NCBI GenBank assembly: GCA_934660865.1 | Contig: CAKUIA010000016.1 | Span: 30,366-62,365, forward strand | Source: an uncultured Opitutales bacterium | GTDB lineage: Bacteria > Verrucomicrobiota > Verrucomicrobiia > Opitutales > Intestinicryptomonadaceae | Length of the DNA: 32,000 bases | Direction of reading: 5' to 3' | Shown here: positions 9,835 to 17,563 of the stretch, piece by piece | How the letters are laid out: every line of letters starts with the position of its first letter | Numbering within the stretch: position 1 is the stretch's first letter | The notes under the pieces: model-generated | Seen by the model: the letters and a program-made list of their open reading frames with translations, nothing else | Told to the model about the DNA's origin: nothing | The model's database searches: none | Made by a program: the position numbers and the translations under genes

Positions 9835-10668
9835 CTACTTTCTGTTGCTGCGGGGGTTTTCGGCCCAGCCGAGTTTGCTTTGCAAAATTTTAAAATGGGA
9901 ATGGCTTATTGCCCTTAAAAATTTTATCTTTTCGGGGTTTGCCGCTATCCGTACTTTTTCGTTTGGGGCAAGGCTGAAAAGCTTTTCGCCGTCTACAAAA
10001 ACGTCTCCCGATTGGTTCGGGCTTTCTATGTCGAGCACCGACGAAGCGTCGAAAATAATGCTTCGGTTTGCCAATGCGTGCGGGCAAATGGGCGTAAGCA
10101 CATAGGCGTTTAGCTGCGGAGTAAGCAGCGGGCCTCCCGCCGAAAGGTTGTAGGCTGTAGAGCCCGTCGGGGTGGAAACAATAACGCCGTCGGCGGAATA
10201 GTCGGCAACATATTCGCCGTCGCAGTGCATTACGGCCTCGTACATTCCGACGGGAGCGGTTGCCCTTACAACAATGTCGTTTAACGCAACATATTTTTTG
10301 CCGTTTGCCGTTGCCGAAAGCAGGGCCCTTTCGCTTACCTTGTAGTTGCCGTCCAAAATAAATTTAAAGTCCCAGTCGGAAATCGAATCTTTAAAGGTTG
10401 CCAAAAAGCCCAGCTTGCCGAAGTTTATGCCGAACACGGGAATGTCGGCCTGCAGCGCCTGGTTTACGCACGAAAGCAAAGTGCCGTCGCCGCCCAAAAC
10501 GCAGGCGGCGTCGAAGCCTTCGAACGCGTTTTCGCCCAGTTTTAGGCTTTGCATTTGCACGGCTTTTACGCCGAACTTTTCGGCAAGCGCGCACAGCCTC
10601 TCGGCCAATGGTTGCGATTTCGGTTTGGTCGGGTTAACAATCAATGCTATTTTCTTTAGGGCTTTCAC
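9835..10668 (-). CDS. nadK: NAD kinase
   Basis: GGDGTLL motif, NFGKLGFL and PTGSTAYNLSAGGP. GTG start (10666-10668) giving MKALKKIALIVNP. Confidence 0.92.
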   Translation of the reverse strand: MKALKKIALIVNPTKPKSQPLAERLCALAEKFGVKAVQMQSLKLGENAFEGFDAACVLGGDGTLLSCVNQALQADIPVFGINFGKLGFLATFKDSISDWDFKFILDGNYKVSERALLSATANGKKYVALNDIVVRATAPVGMYEAVMHCDGEYVADYSADGVIVSTPTGSTAYNLSAGGPLLTPQLNAYVLTPICPHALANRSIIFDASSVLDIESPNQSGDVFVDGEKLFSLAPNEKVRIAANPEKIKFLRAISHSHFKILQSKLGWAENPRSNRK

Positions 10669-10683
10669 TTTTTTATATATCGA

Positions 10684-10714
10684 ATATTGTAGAATGCCGC
10701 GTATTCTGCAATAT
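10684..10714. promoter_or_regulatory. 12-bp inverted repeat (11/12) ATATTGTAGAAT-N7-ATTCTGCAATAT in the divergent nadK/ndk control region
   Basis: Read directly from sequence. Lies 16-46 bp upstream of the nadK GTG and 48-78 bp upstream of the ndk ATG. Function not established. Confidence 0.3.
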
Positions 10715-10761
10715 AAAAAAAGCTTTTAAAAAACGTCAAAATATGTAGTTTGTTTTGGAAT

Positions 10762-11178
10762 ATGAAAGAAAGAACCCTTGTTATACTTAAACCCGACTGC
10801 CTCGAAAAGAAGCTTGCGGGCGTTGTTGTAGACCGCCTTCAGAAGGCCGGCATGGACATTGTTGCCTGCAAAATGCTGGCTTTAACCGACGCTTTGCTTG
10901 AAGCGCACTACGCGCACATTCTCGACAAGCCGTATTTCCCGCCGCTTAGGGATTTTATGAAAAGGCGCAGCGTTATTGTTATGGTGTTCGAGGGCGAGGG
11001 CGCAATAGCCAAAACAAGAGAGCTTTTGGGGCCCACCGATTCCACAAAAGCCCCCAAAGGCACAATAAGGGGCGACTTCGGGCTAAACACGCGCGAAAAC
11101 ATTGCCCATGCTTCCGATTCTCCCGAAAGCGCGGCGGCCGAAATTGCAAGGTTCTTTTCGGACAACGAAATATTTTAG
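10762..11178 (+). CDS. ndk: nucleoside diphosphate kinase
   Basis: ERTLVILKPD, GPTD...A..GTIRGDF and N..HASDS (catalytic His). ATG at 10762 (the track start at 10750 is a TTG). Confidence 0.95.
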   Translation: MKERTLVILKPDCLEKKLAGVVVDRLQKAGMDIVACKMLALTDALLEAHYAHILDKPYFPPLRDFMKRRSVIVMVFEGEGAIAKTRELLGPTDSTKAPKGTIRGDFGLNTRENIAHASDSPESAAAEIARFFSDNEIF

Positions 11179-11184
11179 CCCAAA

Positions 11185-11847
11185 ATGAGGCAGGCTCCAT
11201 TTGAAAGGCTTGATTTTTTAAGCGAGGCGCAAAAGCAAAAGCTTTTTGAATACGCCGAGCTTTTAAAGGCCGAAAACGCCAAGGTAAATATGGTGTCGCG
11301 CAAGGATACCGACGACTTGGCGTATAGGCACATAGCCTTTTGCGCGGCAATAGGCGCGTTCTTTACGCCGTCCGCCGACGCCGAGATTGTAGACGTAGGC
11401 ACGGGCGGCGGCCTGCCGGGTATTGTAATGGCCGTATTATGGCCGCAGGCCAAAATAGAAATGCTAGACGGCGTGGGCAAAAAAATCGCCTGCGTAAACA
11501 GAATGGTAGAGGCTTTGGGCCTAAAAAACGCCACTGCAATTCAGGGCAGGGTTGAAGAGCGCAAAAAGCTGTACGACTACGCCGTGGGGCGTTCGGTTTG
11601 CTCGCTGTACGAATTTGTATGCTTTACTAAAAACGCCATTGCAAGGGGCAAGCGCGGCACGCTCGAAAACGGCGTTGTATATTTTAAGGGCGGCGAGTGG
11701 GACGAAGAGCTTAAGCATAAAAAACTCTATTCCGACAAGACGCTAAAGCTCGACGAATTTTTTTGCGACGTACAATATGCGGGCAAAAGCCTTGTTCATA
11801 TTCCGCAAAGCGCAATCTACGGCGCATTCTTTAAAAAAACAAAATAA
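11185..11847 (+). CDS. rsmG: 16S rRNA (guanine527-N7)-methyltransferase RsmG/GidB
   Basis: N.VS......L..RHI, SAM motif VDVGTGGGLPGI, 220 aa. Starts 6 nt after ndk. Confidence 0.88.
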   Translation: MRQAPFERLDFLSEAQKQKLFEYAELLKAENAKVNMVSRKDTDDLAYRHIAFCAAIGAFFTPSADAEIVDVGTGGGLPGIVMAVLWPQAKIEMLDGVGKKIACVNRMVEALGLKNATAIQGRVEERKKLYDYAVGRSVCSLYEFVCFTKNAIARGKRGTLENGVVYFKGGEWDEELKHKKLYSDKTLKLDEFFCDVQYAGKSLVHIPQSAIYGAFFKKTK

Positions 11848-11857
11848 AAGGAATTAT

Positions 11858-12604
11858 ATGAAATTGACATTCGACAATAGGGTTGCCCTGGTCAGCGGAG
11901 CGGGCAGGGGCATAGGCAAACAAATAGCGCTGGAATTGGCCGAGCACGGCTGCAAAGTTGTGTGCGTAAGCCGAAATATCGAAAGCTGCGGGGCTACCGC
12001 AAGCGAAATATGCGCAAAGGGGCAAACGGCAAAGGCGTATGCCTTCGACGTTTCCGACTCGGCCGCCGTTGCCGAAAATTGCGCGGAAATTGTAAAGGAC
12101 TTCGGCAAGGTAGACATTATCGTAAACGACGCGGGCATTACGCGCGACAATCTGGTTATGAGAATGTCGGACAAAGAATGGAACGACGTTATAAACACCA
12201 ATTTGTCGGGCTATTTTTACGTTGTTAAAAACCTTTCGCGCCAGCTGCTTTCCAACCGCTGGGGCAGAATAATAAACATTTCAAGCGTGTCGGGCGTTTT
12301 GGGCAACGTAGGGCAGGCAAACTATTCGGCGGCAAAGGCGGGCGTTATAGGCCTTACCAAATCTTTGGCAAGGGAATTTGCCTCGCGCGGGATAACCTGC
12401 AACGCAATAGCGCCGGGCTTTGTGGAAACCGATATGACGGCAAAGCTTTCGCCCGCAGTGTTGGAGGCCGCAAAGAACGTAATTCCCCTAAAGCGTTTCG
12501 GCAATGTTGCCGACATTGCCGCAGCCTGCGTATTTTTGGCTTCGCAGGAAGCCTCGTATATAACGGGACAGGTTCTTTGCGTAGACGGCGGAATGGCTAT
12601 GTAG
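11858..12604 (+). CDS. fabG: 3-oxoacyl-[ACP] reductase (SDR family)
   Basis: VALVSGAGRGIGK (TGxxxGIG), NDAGI, the catalytic S...YSAAKAG, and ITGQVLCVDGGMAM at the C-terminus. The ATG at 11858 is preceded by AAAGGA, one of the few clear SD motifs in the window. Confidence 0.9.
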   Translation: MKLTFDNRVALVSGAGRGIGKQIALELAEHGCKVVCVSRNIESCGATASEICAKGQTAKAYAFDVSDSAAVAENCAEIVKDFGKVDIIVNDAGITRDNLVMRMSDKEWNDVINTNLSGYFYVVKNLSRQLLSNRWGRIINISSVSGVLGNVGQANYSAAKAGVIGLTKSLAREFASRGITCNAIAPGFVETDMTAKLSPAVLEAAKNVIPLKRFGNVADIAAACVFLASQEASYITGQVLCVDGGMAM

Positions 12605-12690
12605 GCTGTTTTTTTTCGGGCAATGGGCTTGCAAACGGCGTTTTTTCGGGCTTTTTTTGAAAAAATAGCCCAAAAACCGCATTTTTCCTA

Positions 12691-12719
12691 TTGACTACGG
12701 GTAAAAAAAGGCCATTCTA
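12691..12719 (+). promoter_or_regulatory. candidate promoter of hup (TTGACT-N17-ATTCTA)
   Basis: Good -35 hexamer, poor -10. Followed by a long A/C-rich leader without an SD. Confidence 0.3.
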
Positions 12720-12774
12720 ACGACTAATAAAGCAAGACGCTTTAACCCTAACAACAATCAAACAAAGAATATAA

Positions 12775-13050
12775 ATGAATAAAGCACAACTCATTGAAGA
12801 AGTTCAGAAACTCCTCGGCAAAGAAGCCTCTAAAGCTTGCGCAGAACGCGCTTTGAACAGCGTTCTCGACGCCATCGCAGCCGGTGTAAAGAAGAATAAG
12901 AAACTTATTCTCGTAGGTTTCGGTACATTCTCGGTTGCCGACCGCAAAGCCCGCACCGGTATCAATCCCCGCACTGGTGAAAAGATTAAGATTAAGGCTT
13001 CGAAGGTCTTGAAGTTCAAGGCTTCGAAATCCATCAAGCTCGGCAAATAA
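12775..13050 (+). CDS. hup: HU-family DNA-binding protein
   Basis: 91 aa: MNKAQLIEEV..., GFGTFSVADRKARTGINPRTGEKIKIKASKVLKFKASK. Canonical HU/IHF arm. Confidence 0.93.
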   Translation: MNKAQLIEEVQKLLGKEASKACAERALNSVLDAIAAGVKKNKKLILVGFGTFSVADRKARTGINPRTGEKIKIKASKVLKFKASKSIKLGK

Positions 13051-13078
13051 TTGCAGTTTGTAAGACTTTAAAAATAAG

Positions 13079-13107
13079 TAGCCCGTTTTTAGCGGGCTAT
13101 TTTTTTT
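13079..13107 (+). terminator. rho-independent terminator of hup
   Basis: TAGCCCG-7 nt-CGGGCTA followed by T8. Confidence 0.8.
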
Positions 13108-13171
13108 GTCCGTAAAAATGGGGCTTTTGCCGGAAAATAATTCGCCGTTTTTTATCGTTGTTGCGAAAAAC

Positions 13172-13198
13172 AAAAAAGCCCCGAAAACGGGGCTTTTG
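13172..13198 (-). terminator. rho-independent terminator of the fkpA-like gene (weakly bidirectional)
   Basis: A6-GCCCCG-AAAA-CGGGGC-TTTT. On the minus strand the stem is followed by T6. Confidence 0.8.
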
Positions 13199-13223
13199 CC
13201 GAAACTACCATACTTTTAAAATT

Positions 13224-13997
13224 CTATTTTTTGTCGTCTTTTTTAAGCTCGTTAATGTCCATACCCTTGGGCATGCCTTCGGGGAGGGGAGCGTCGGCAA
13301 CGTCTACCATTTCAACGTCGAACACCAAAGTAGACCCCGCGGGGATTCCCGGAATTTGCTGCGAGCCGTAGCCGAGCTGGGCGGGTATGTAAAGCTTTAT
13401 TACGCCGCCTTTGCCTATTTTCTGCAAACCTTCCTTAAAGCCGGGTATAACTCCGTTAAGCGGGAATTTTGCGGTGTCGCCTTCCTTTGTTTGGTCGAAC
13501 ACGGTGCCGTCTATAAGCGCGCCCTTGTATTTTACAACCACAAAAGAGTCTTCTTTCGGCAGGCGCTTGTCGCCTTCCTTTATTATCTGATACGCCAAGC
13601 CCGAAGCCGTTTTGCTTACGGCCTTGTCGTTTTCAAGCTCCTTCCAAAAAGCGGCCATTTTCGCGTCGTATTCGGCCTGCTCTTTTTGCATTGCCTGCTG
13701 CGCCTTTTCCATTGCGGGCTTCGCCTTCTTTTCGAGATATTCGGCCATTTTCGGGCCCAATTCGTTCATGTTTGCGGGAAGCTTTTCGCCGTTTACGCAG
13801 GCGGTTATGCCCGAAACAAACGCTGCCAACTCCTCTTTGTCGAGAGCCAACATGTCTATATTGGCCTGCTGGGCAATGTATTGCCCGAATGTTTTAAGAT
13901 ATTGTTTTTCCTGGTCGGTTGCTGCGTTTGCCATTGATGATACTGTCATTATCGCCGCCGTAGCGAGCGCGGTTATTGATGTTTTGTTTATTTTCAT
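13224..13997 (-). CDS. fkpA: FKBP-type peptidyl-prolyl isomerase with N-terminal helical (Mip/FkpA-like) domain, secreted
   Basis: Signal peptide MKINKTSITALATAAIMTVSSMANA from the ATG at 13995-13997 (the track start at 14030 is a GTG). The C-terminal FKBP core has VKYKG.LIDGTVFD, VIPGFKEGLQ, IPAQLGYG and STLVFDVEMVDV. Confidence 0.88.
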   Translation of the reverse strand: MKINKTSITALATAAIMTVSSMANAATDQEKQYLKTFGQYIAQQANIDMLALDKEELAAFVSGITACVNGEKLPANMNELGPKMAEYLEKKAKPAMEKAQQAMQKEQAEYDAKMAAFWKELENDKAVSKTASGLAYQIIKEGDKRLPKEDSFVVVKYKGALIDGTVFDQTKEGDTAKFPLNGVIPGFKEGLQKIGKGGVIKLYIPAQLGYGSQQIPGIPAGSTLVFDVEMVDVADAPLPEGMPKGMDINELKKDDKK

Positions 13998-14028
13998 ATT
14001 GGTAAAAAACTTTCTTGTTTTGACGGAC

Positions 14029-14057
14029 ACTAAATAGAGTCGTAAAATTTAAGTCAA
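14029..14057 (-). promoter_or_regulatory. candidate sigma70-type promoter of fkpA-like gene (TTGACT-N17-TTTAGT)
   Basis: Read on the minus strand. The -10 ends about 30 nt upstream of the ATG. Confidence 0.4.
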
Positions 14058-14167
14058 CATTAAGATATTCGACACTTGCCGGAAGTTTTAGTTCCACAAA
14101 ATTTTGCGATGCAAAAATGGGCGGCTTTGTTTTGTGCGGCATCGGCAAAGTGCGGGCAAATAAAGAA

Positions 14168-14195
14168 TTGACAGATTTTATGCGGTAAATAACTT
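14168..14195 (+). promoter_or_regulatory. candidate promoter of ppiD-like gene (TTGACA-N16-TAACTT)
   Basis: Consensus -35 with a TAnnnT -10. Lies 30 nt upstream of the ATG at 14226. Confidence 0.4.
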
Positions 14196-14225
14196 TGTAC
14201 TTTTAAACAATTACATAAAAATTCT

Positions 14226-15875
14226 ATGATTACTTGGATTCAACTAATTTTGCAGAAACACCATAAATCGGTATTCAGCGTTTTGCTGTTTTTCATAATT
14301 GTGGCGTTTGTGTTTACAATCGGCTCTTCAATTCCGTTTTTCGGCGACAGAAACGCGTCTTTCGACGACTCGAAAAACAAGAAAGATTTTTACGGTTGGG
14401 ATTTGTCCGACGAAAACATTGTAAACTTCCTTTACACAGGCGCCTACTACGACGTTCTTTTGGCGGGCGGCAACCCCCGCAACCAAGACACCGTAATGAA
14501 CGCCCTGTACACAAGGGCAATGCTTTTGTCTTTGGCTAAAAGCGCCTGTTTACCCACGGTTTCCGACAAGGAATACAAAGAGTACATACATTCAAGGCCT
14601 TTCTTTGCCGACCAAAACGGCAAGTTCTCGTACGAAAAGTTTTCGAAATTCATAGCCGAATCGAGAATGCCCACCGAGTATTTGAACAACACGCTTTTGG
14701 AAAGCGCATTGGTCAACAAGCTAATGGTTATAATTTCGGGCCCAGGCTACGTTCAGCAGGCCGACATAGACGCAAACTACAAGCTTATAAATTCCAAATG
14801 GACATTCGACATTGCGTCGCTTTCCATTGACTCGTTTAAGGCCGAAATAAAAGCCGGCGACGAAGCCCTTAAAAAGTTTTACGACACAAACAAAGCCCGC
14901 TACGAGGTTATGCCCGAATATTCGCTGCAGGTTGCATTTTTTGCGATAGACCCCTCCGAAAAGGTAGACTTGTCGGAATCGGAACTTACAAAGTTTTACG
15001 ACGCAAACAAGGCAAACTATGTAGAGGAAAAAGACGGCAAAAAACAGCTTAAGCCCTTTGTTTCGGTAAGGGAAGACGTTGCAAAGAGCGTAAAACAGGC
15101 AACCTTGATACGCTCGGCAATGATAAAGGCGCAGGACTTTTCCGACAAAGTTTACGACGCAAACACTACATTTAATAGCGATGCCTTTAAGGGTTTGCTA
15201 AAGTCGAACAATGTTTCGCTTAAAAAGGTAAAACCCTTCCACCAAAACGATTCCGAACTCGACAAATCCGTTCCCGTTTCGGTTCTTCGCGCGGGGTTGG
15301 CGTTAGACGAAAAAACATGGATTGCCCCCGATGTTGTATCCGACGAAAAGGGCGCATATGTCGTATTTTTGGAATCTAAAAAGGCCGCCTACATACCCGA
15401 ATTTGCGGCGGTTAAAGAGCAGGTTAAAAACGACTATATAGAATCCGAACGCTACCGTATGTTCAACGAAAAGGCGCAGCAGCTTTCGAAAGACCTTACA
15501 AAGGCCGTTTCCGAAAAACAGTCGTTCGAAAAGGTTGCAAAGAAATTGGCAATGGCGGTAAAAAGCGTTAAACAGTTTTCGTTTGCAAACCCCAAGCAGG
15601 AGGACTTGTCGGCTTTGGGTTCGGCTTTCTATGCAGTAATGCAAACATTGCCGCAGCTTAAGCTAAACGAAGTTTCAAAACCCGTTGTCCAGGCGCAGAA
15701 CGCCTACATATTCTATGTTTCGAATATAGAATACGCTCCCGTAAACAAAGACTCCAAAGAATACAAAAACTACGCAAAATCGGCGCAGCAGCAGGCGGCT
15801 TTCCGCTCGCTGGGTTCTTTCCTGTCTTCTATGGAAAATTCGGCGTTAAAGAGCGCGCCAAAAGACGGCGAATAA
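14226..15875 (+). CDS. PpiD-like membrane-anchored periplasmic chaperone (SurA N-terminal-domain type)
   Basis: The N-terminus MITWIQLILQKHHKSVFSVLLFFIIVAFVFTIGSS has the characteristic PpiD anchor. 549 aa, with SurA_N-like helical segments. Canonical parvulin motifs are not recognisable by eye. Confidence 0.7.
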   Translation: MITWIQLILQKHHKSVFSVLLFFIIVAFVFTIGSSIPFFGDRNASFDDSKNKKDFYGWDLSDENIVNFLYTGAYYDVLLAGGNPRNQDTVMNALYTRAMLLSLAKSACLPTVSDKEYKEYIHSRPFFADQNGKFSYEKFSKFIAESRMPTEYLNNTLLESALVNKLMVIISGPGYVQQADIDANYKLINSKWTFDIASLSIDSFKAEIKAGDEALKKFYDTNKARYEVMPEYSLQVAFFAIDPSEKVDLSESELTKFYDANKANYVEEKDGKKQLKPFVSVREDVAKSVKQATLIRSAMIKAQDFSDKVYDANTTFNSDAFKGLLKSNNVSLKKVKPFHQNDSELDKSVPVSVLRAGLALDEKTWIAPDVVSDEKGAYVVFLESKKAAYIPEFAAVKEQVKNDYIESERYRMFNEKAQQLSKDLTKAVSEKQSFEKVAKKLAMAVKSVKQFSFANPKQEDLSALGSAFYAVMQTLPQLKLNEVSKPVVQAQNAYIFYVSNIEYAPVNKDSKEYKNYAKSAQQQAAFRSLGSFLSSMENSALKSAPKDGE

Positions 15876-15900
15876 ATTTTGTAGTATCATAGATTTTTAT

Positions 15901-15933
15901 GCGGGTTTTGCATTTCGCAAAGCCCGCTTTTTT
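15901..15933 (+). terminator. rho-independent terminator of ppiD-like gene
   Basis: GCGGGTTTTGC-5 nt-GCAAAGCCCGC (11 bp, one G-U) followed by T6. Confidence 0.85.
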
Positions 15934-15964
15934 GCGCACTAAAAACGGAGGGAAATCCCCTTAA

Positions 15965-16017
15965 AAACAACAAAGGCAAAAACGCAATAAGCTTGTGCGA
16001 TTTTGGCTTTGTTGTTT
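15965..16017. repeat. long imperfect inverted repeat (20/22 bp arms, 9-nt loop containing AAGCTT)
   Basis: AAACAACAAAGGCAAAAACGCA - ATAAGCTTG - TGCGATTTTGGCTTTGTTGTTT, paired base by base by hand. Intergenic, between the ppiD-like terminator and fadL. Confidence 0.6.
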
Positions 16018-16131
16018 GCCGAAAAATACGGGGGTAATTTTATTGTACCTATAGCTTAAATAAAGGGTTTTACGAAAAATTTTTTGCCGAAAAAACTTGC
16101 AAAAAACTTTTTTTGTGGCAGTGTCTTTCCC

Positions 16132-16157
16132 CGATTTCTTCCTATTTTAAGAAATCG
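16132..16157. promoter_or_regulatory. perfect 9-bp inverted repeat CGATTTCTT-N8-AAGAAATCG immediately upstream of fadL-family gene
   Basis: Read directly from sequence. Ends 23 nt before the ATG at 16180. Could be a leader hairpin or an operator. Confidence 0.35.
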
Positions 16158-16179
16158 AAACAGCTAACCAATACAGACA

Positions 16180-17406
16180 ATGAAAAAACTGCTAATCGCT
16201 TCGGCGATATGTTCGGCGGCTACACAATTATTAGCCTCCGGTTTTATGGTAATAGAACAAGGTGCGTCCAATGTGGGCACGGCTCTCGCTGGCGCAACTT
16301 CTAACGCGAACCGCGACGCAAGTTGCGCGTTTTGGAATCCCTCGGCCGCATTTTTTGTCGAGTCGGACACCAAAATAGACGTGGGTATAAACTTTATTAT
16401 GCCCGTGTTTAGGTATAACGGTTCTGCAACGCACCCGGGCGGAACTCCCGTTTCGGGCAACGACGGCGGCAATGCCGGCACGCTGAATATGGTTCCGAAT
16501 TTTTATGCAACGCATAAATTGTCGGAAGACTTCATACTTACATTCTCGGTAACGGCCCCCGCGGGGCTTACAACCGACTACGACGCCGATTATGTAGGCC
16601 GCGCGCACGGTATACGCAGCGACTTGGCTACAATAGACATCAACCCCAGCATAGCCTACAAGGTTAACGACTGGTTTTTTGTTTCGGTGGGCGCTTCGGC
16701 TCAGTATATAAATGCGGAACTTACGCAGTCGGGCTATGGCAATACCTATTCCAGGGTAGACGGACATTCGTGGTCGGGCGGTTTTAACTTGGGCTTTACC
16801 GTAAAATATTGCGAAACGGGCAGGTTTTCGGTAGGGTATCGCAGTCAGGTAAACCAGTCGATAAGCGGCGGTTTGTCCGTTCCGAGAATTCCCGCGCTTT
16901 CGGGCGATGTGGATTGCGAATTGACTATACCCAACGTTGTAAATGTCGGCGTATACCAAAGGCTTTGGGGCGACTTGGAAGACTTTGCAGTTATGCTGGA
17001 TTTCGCGTGGACTCAATGGAGCAGCTTTGACAGCCTGGATATTAAATATACAAACGGCGCAATGGCAAGCCACACGGTCGAAAACTGGGAGGACACATGC
17101 CGCGTAAGCTTTGGTGTTCACTATTATCTTGACGACGATATTACCCTGCGCTTGGGCGTTGCCTACGACGAATCTCCGATAGTAAGCAGGCAGTACAGAA
17201 CGCCGCGTATTCCCGACTCCGACAGAATTTGGCTTTCGTGCGGTTTGGGCTATAAATTCGGCAACTTTAATGTCGACATAGCGTATGCGTTCATATTCTT
17301 CCCCTCGGTTGCAACCACCTATTCCGACCCAAGTAAGGGCGACCTTTCGGGCGAATTTTACGGCCACTCGCACATAGTTTCGGCGCAAATCGGCTATTCT
17401 TTCTAA
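16180..17406 (+). CDS. fadL: FadL/OMPP1/TodX-family outer-membrane transport protein
   Basis: Signal peptide MKKLLIASAICSAATQLLA followed by SGF.....GA...G.A.AG.A......A...NPA-type N-terminus. Alternating beta-strand pattern and a C-terminal ...AQIGYSF (terminal Phe). Confidence 0.88.
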   Translation: MKKLLIASAICSAATQLLASGFMVIEQGASNVGTALAGATSNANRDASCAFWNPSAAFFVESDTKIDVGINFIMPVFRYNGSATHPGGTPVSGNDGGNAGTLNMVPNFYATHKLSEDFILTFSVTAPAGLTTDYDADYVGRAHGIRSDLATIDINPSIAYKVNDWFFVSVGASAQYINAELTQSGYGNTYSRVDGHSWSGGFNLGFTVKYCETGRFSVGYRSQVNQSISGGLSVPRIPALSGDVDCELTIPNVVNVGVYQRLWGDLEDFAVMLDFAWTQWSSFDSLDIKYTNGAMASHTVENWEDTCRVSFGVHYYLDDDITLRLGVAYDESPIVSRQYRTPRIPDSDRIWLSCGLGYKFGNFNVDIAYAFIFFPSVATTYSDPSKGDLSGEFYGHSHIVSAQIGYSF

Positions 17407-17432
17407 TAAAAAAACAAACCTGTTTTTATATT

Positions 17433-17464
17433 GCTCGCACAATTTTTTGTGCGGGCTTTTTTTT
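17433..17464 (+). terminator. rho-independent terminator of fadL-family gene
   Basis: GCTCGCACAA-TTTT-TTGTGCGGGC (10 bp, one G-U) followed by T8. Confidence 0.85.
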
Positions 17465-17563
17465 GCAAGGCATACTGCGCAAAAATTGCCTTATGTGAAT
17501 GTCGAAAATGCCGCGCAAGCGGCATAGTTAAAGCATTTACGGGCATTTTTTTTGCGCTTTAAG

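Noticed and set aside
8983-10105. 236-aa and 266-aa plus-strand ORFs opposite the yihY-like and nadK genes
   Set aside because: These are antisense shadow ORFs crossing a gene boundary. They have no motifs, and the minus-strand genes are well supported.
13121-13201. 13-nt direct repeat GGGGCTTTTGCCG (13121 and 13189), and 11-nt repeat TTGCCGAAAAA (16016 and 16084)
   Set aside because: The repeats are short. One copy is simply the 3' arm of the fkpA terminator. TTTGCCGAA-type strings recur in coding sequence too (for example near 822), so they reflect k-mer bias rather than a repeat element.
13158-14037. 259-aa and 141-aa plus-strand ORFs opposite the fkpA-like gene
   Set aside because: These are antisense shadow ORFs. 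They span two terminators and the intergenic region at their 5' end. The FKBP gene on the minus strand explains the open frames.
16231-17442. 403-aa ORF fully antisense to the fadL-family gene
   Set aside because: It uses the same triplet boundaries as fadL on the opposite strand. It stays open only because fadL avoids TTA, CTA and TCA codons. The product is Arg/Val/Ala-rich and low-complexity, with no recognisable family or start context. The sense gene has unmistakable FadL features.
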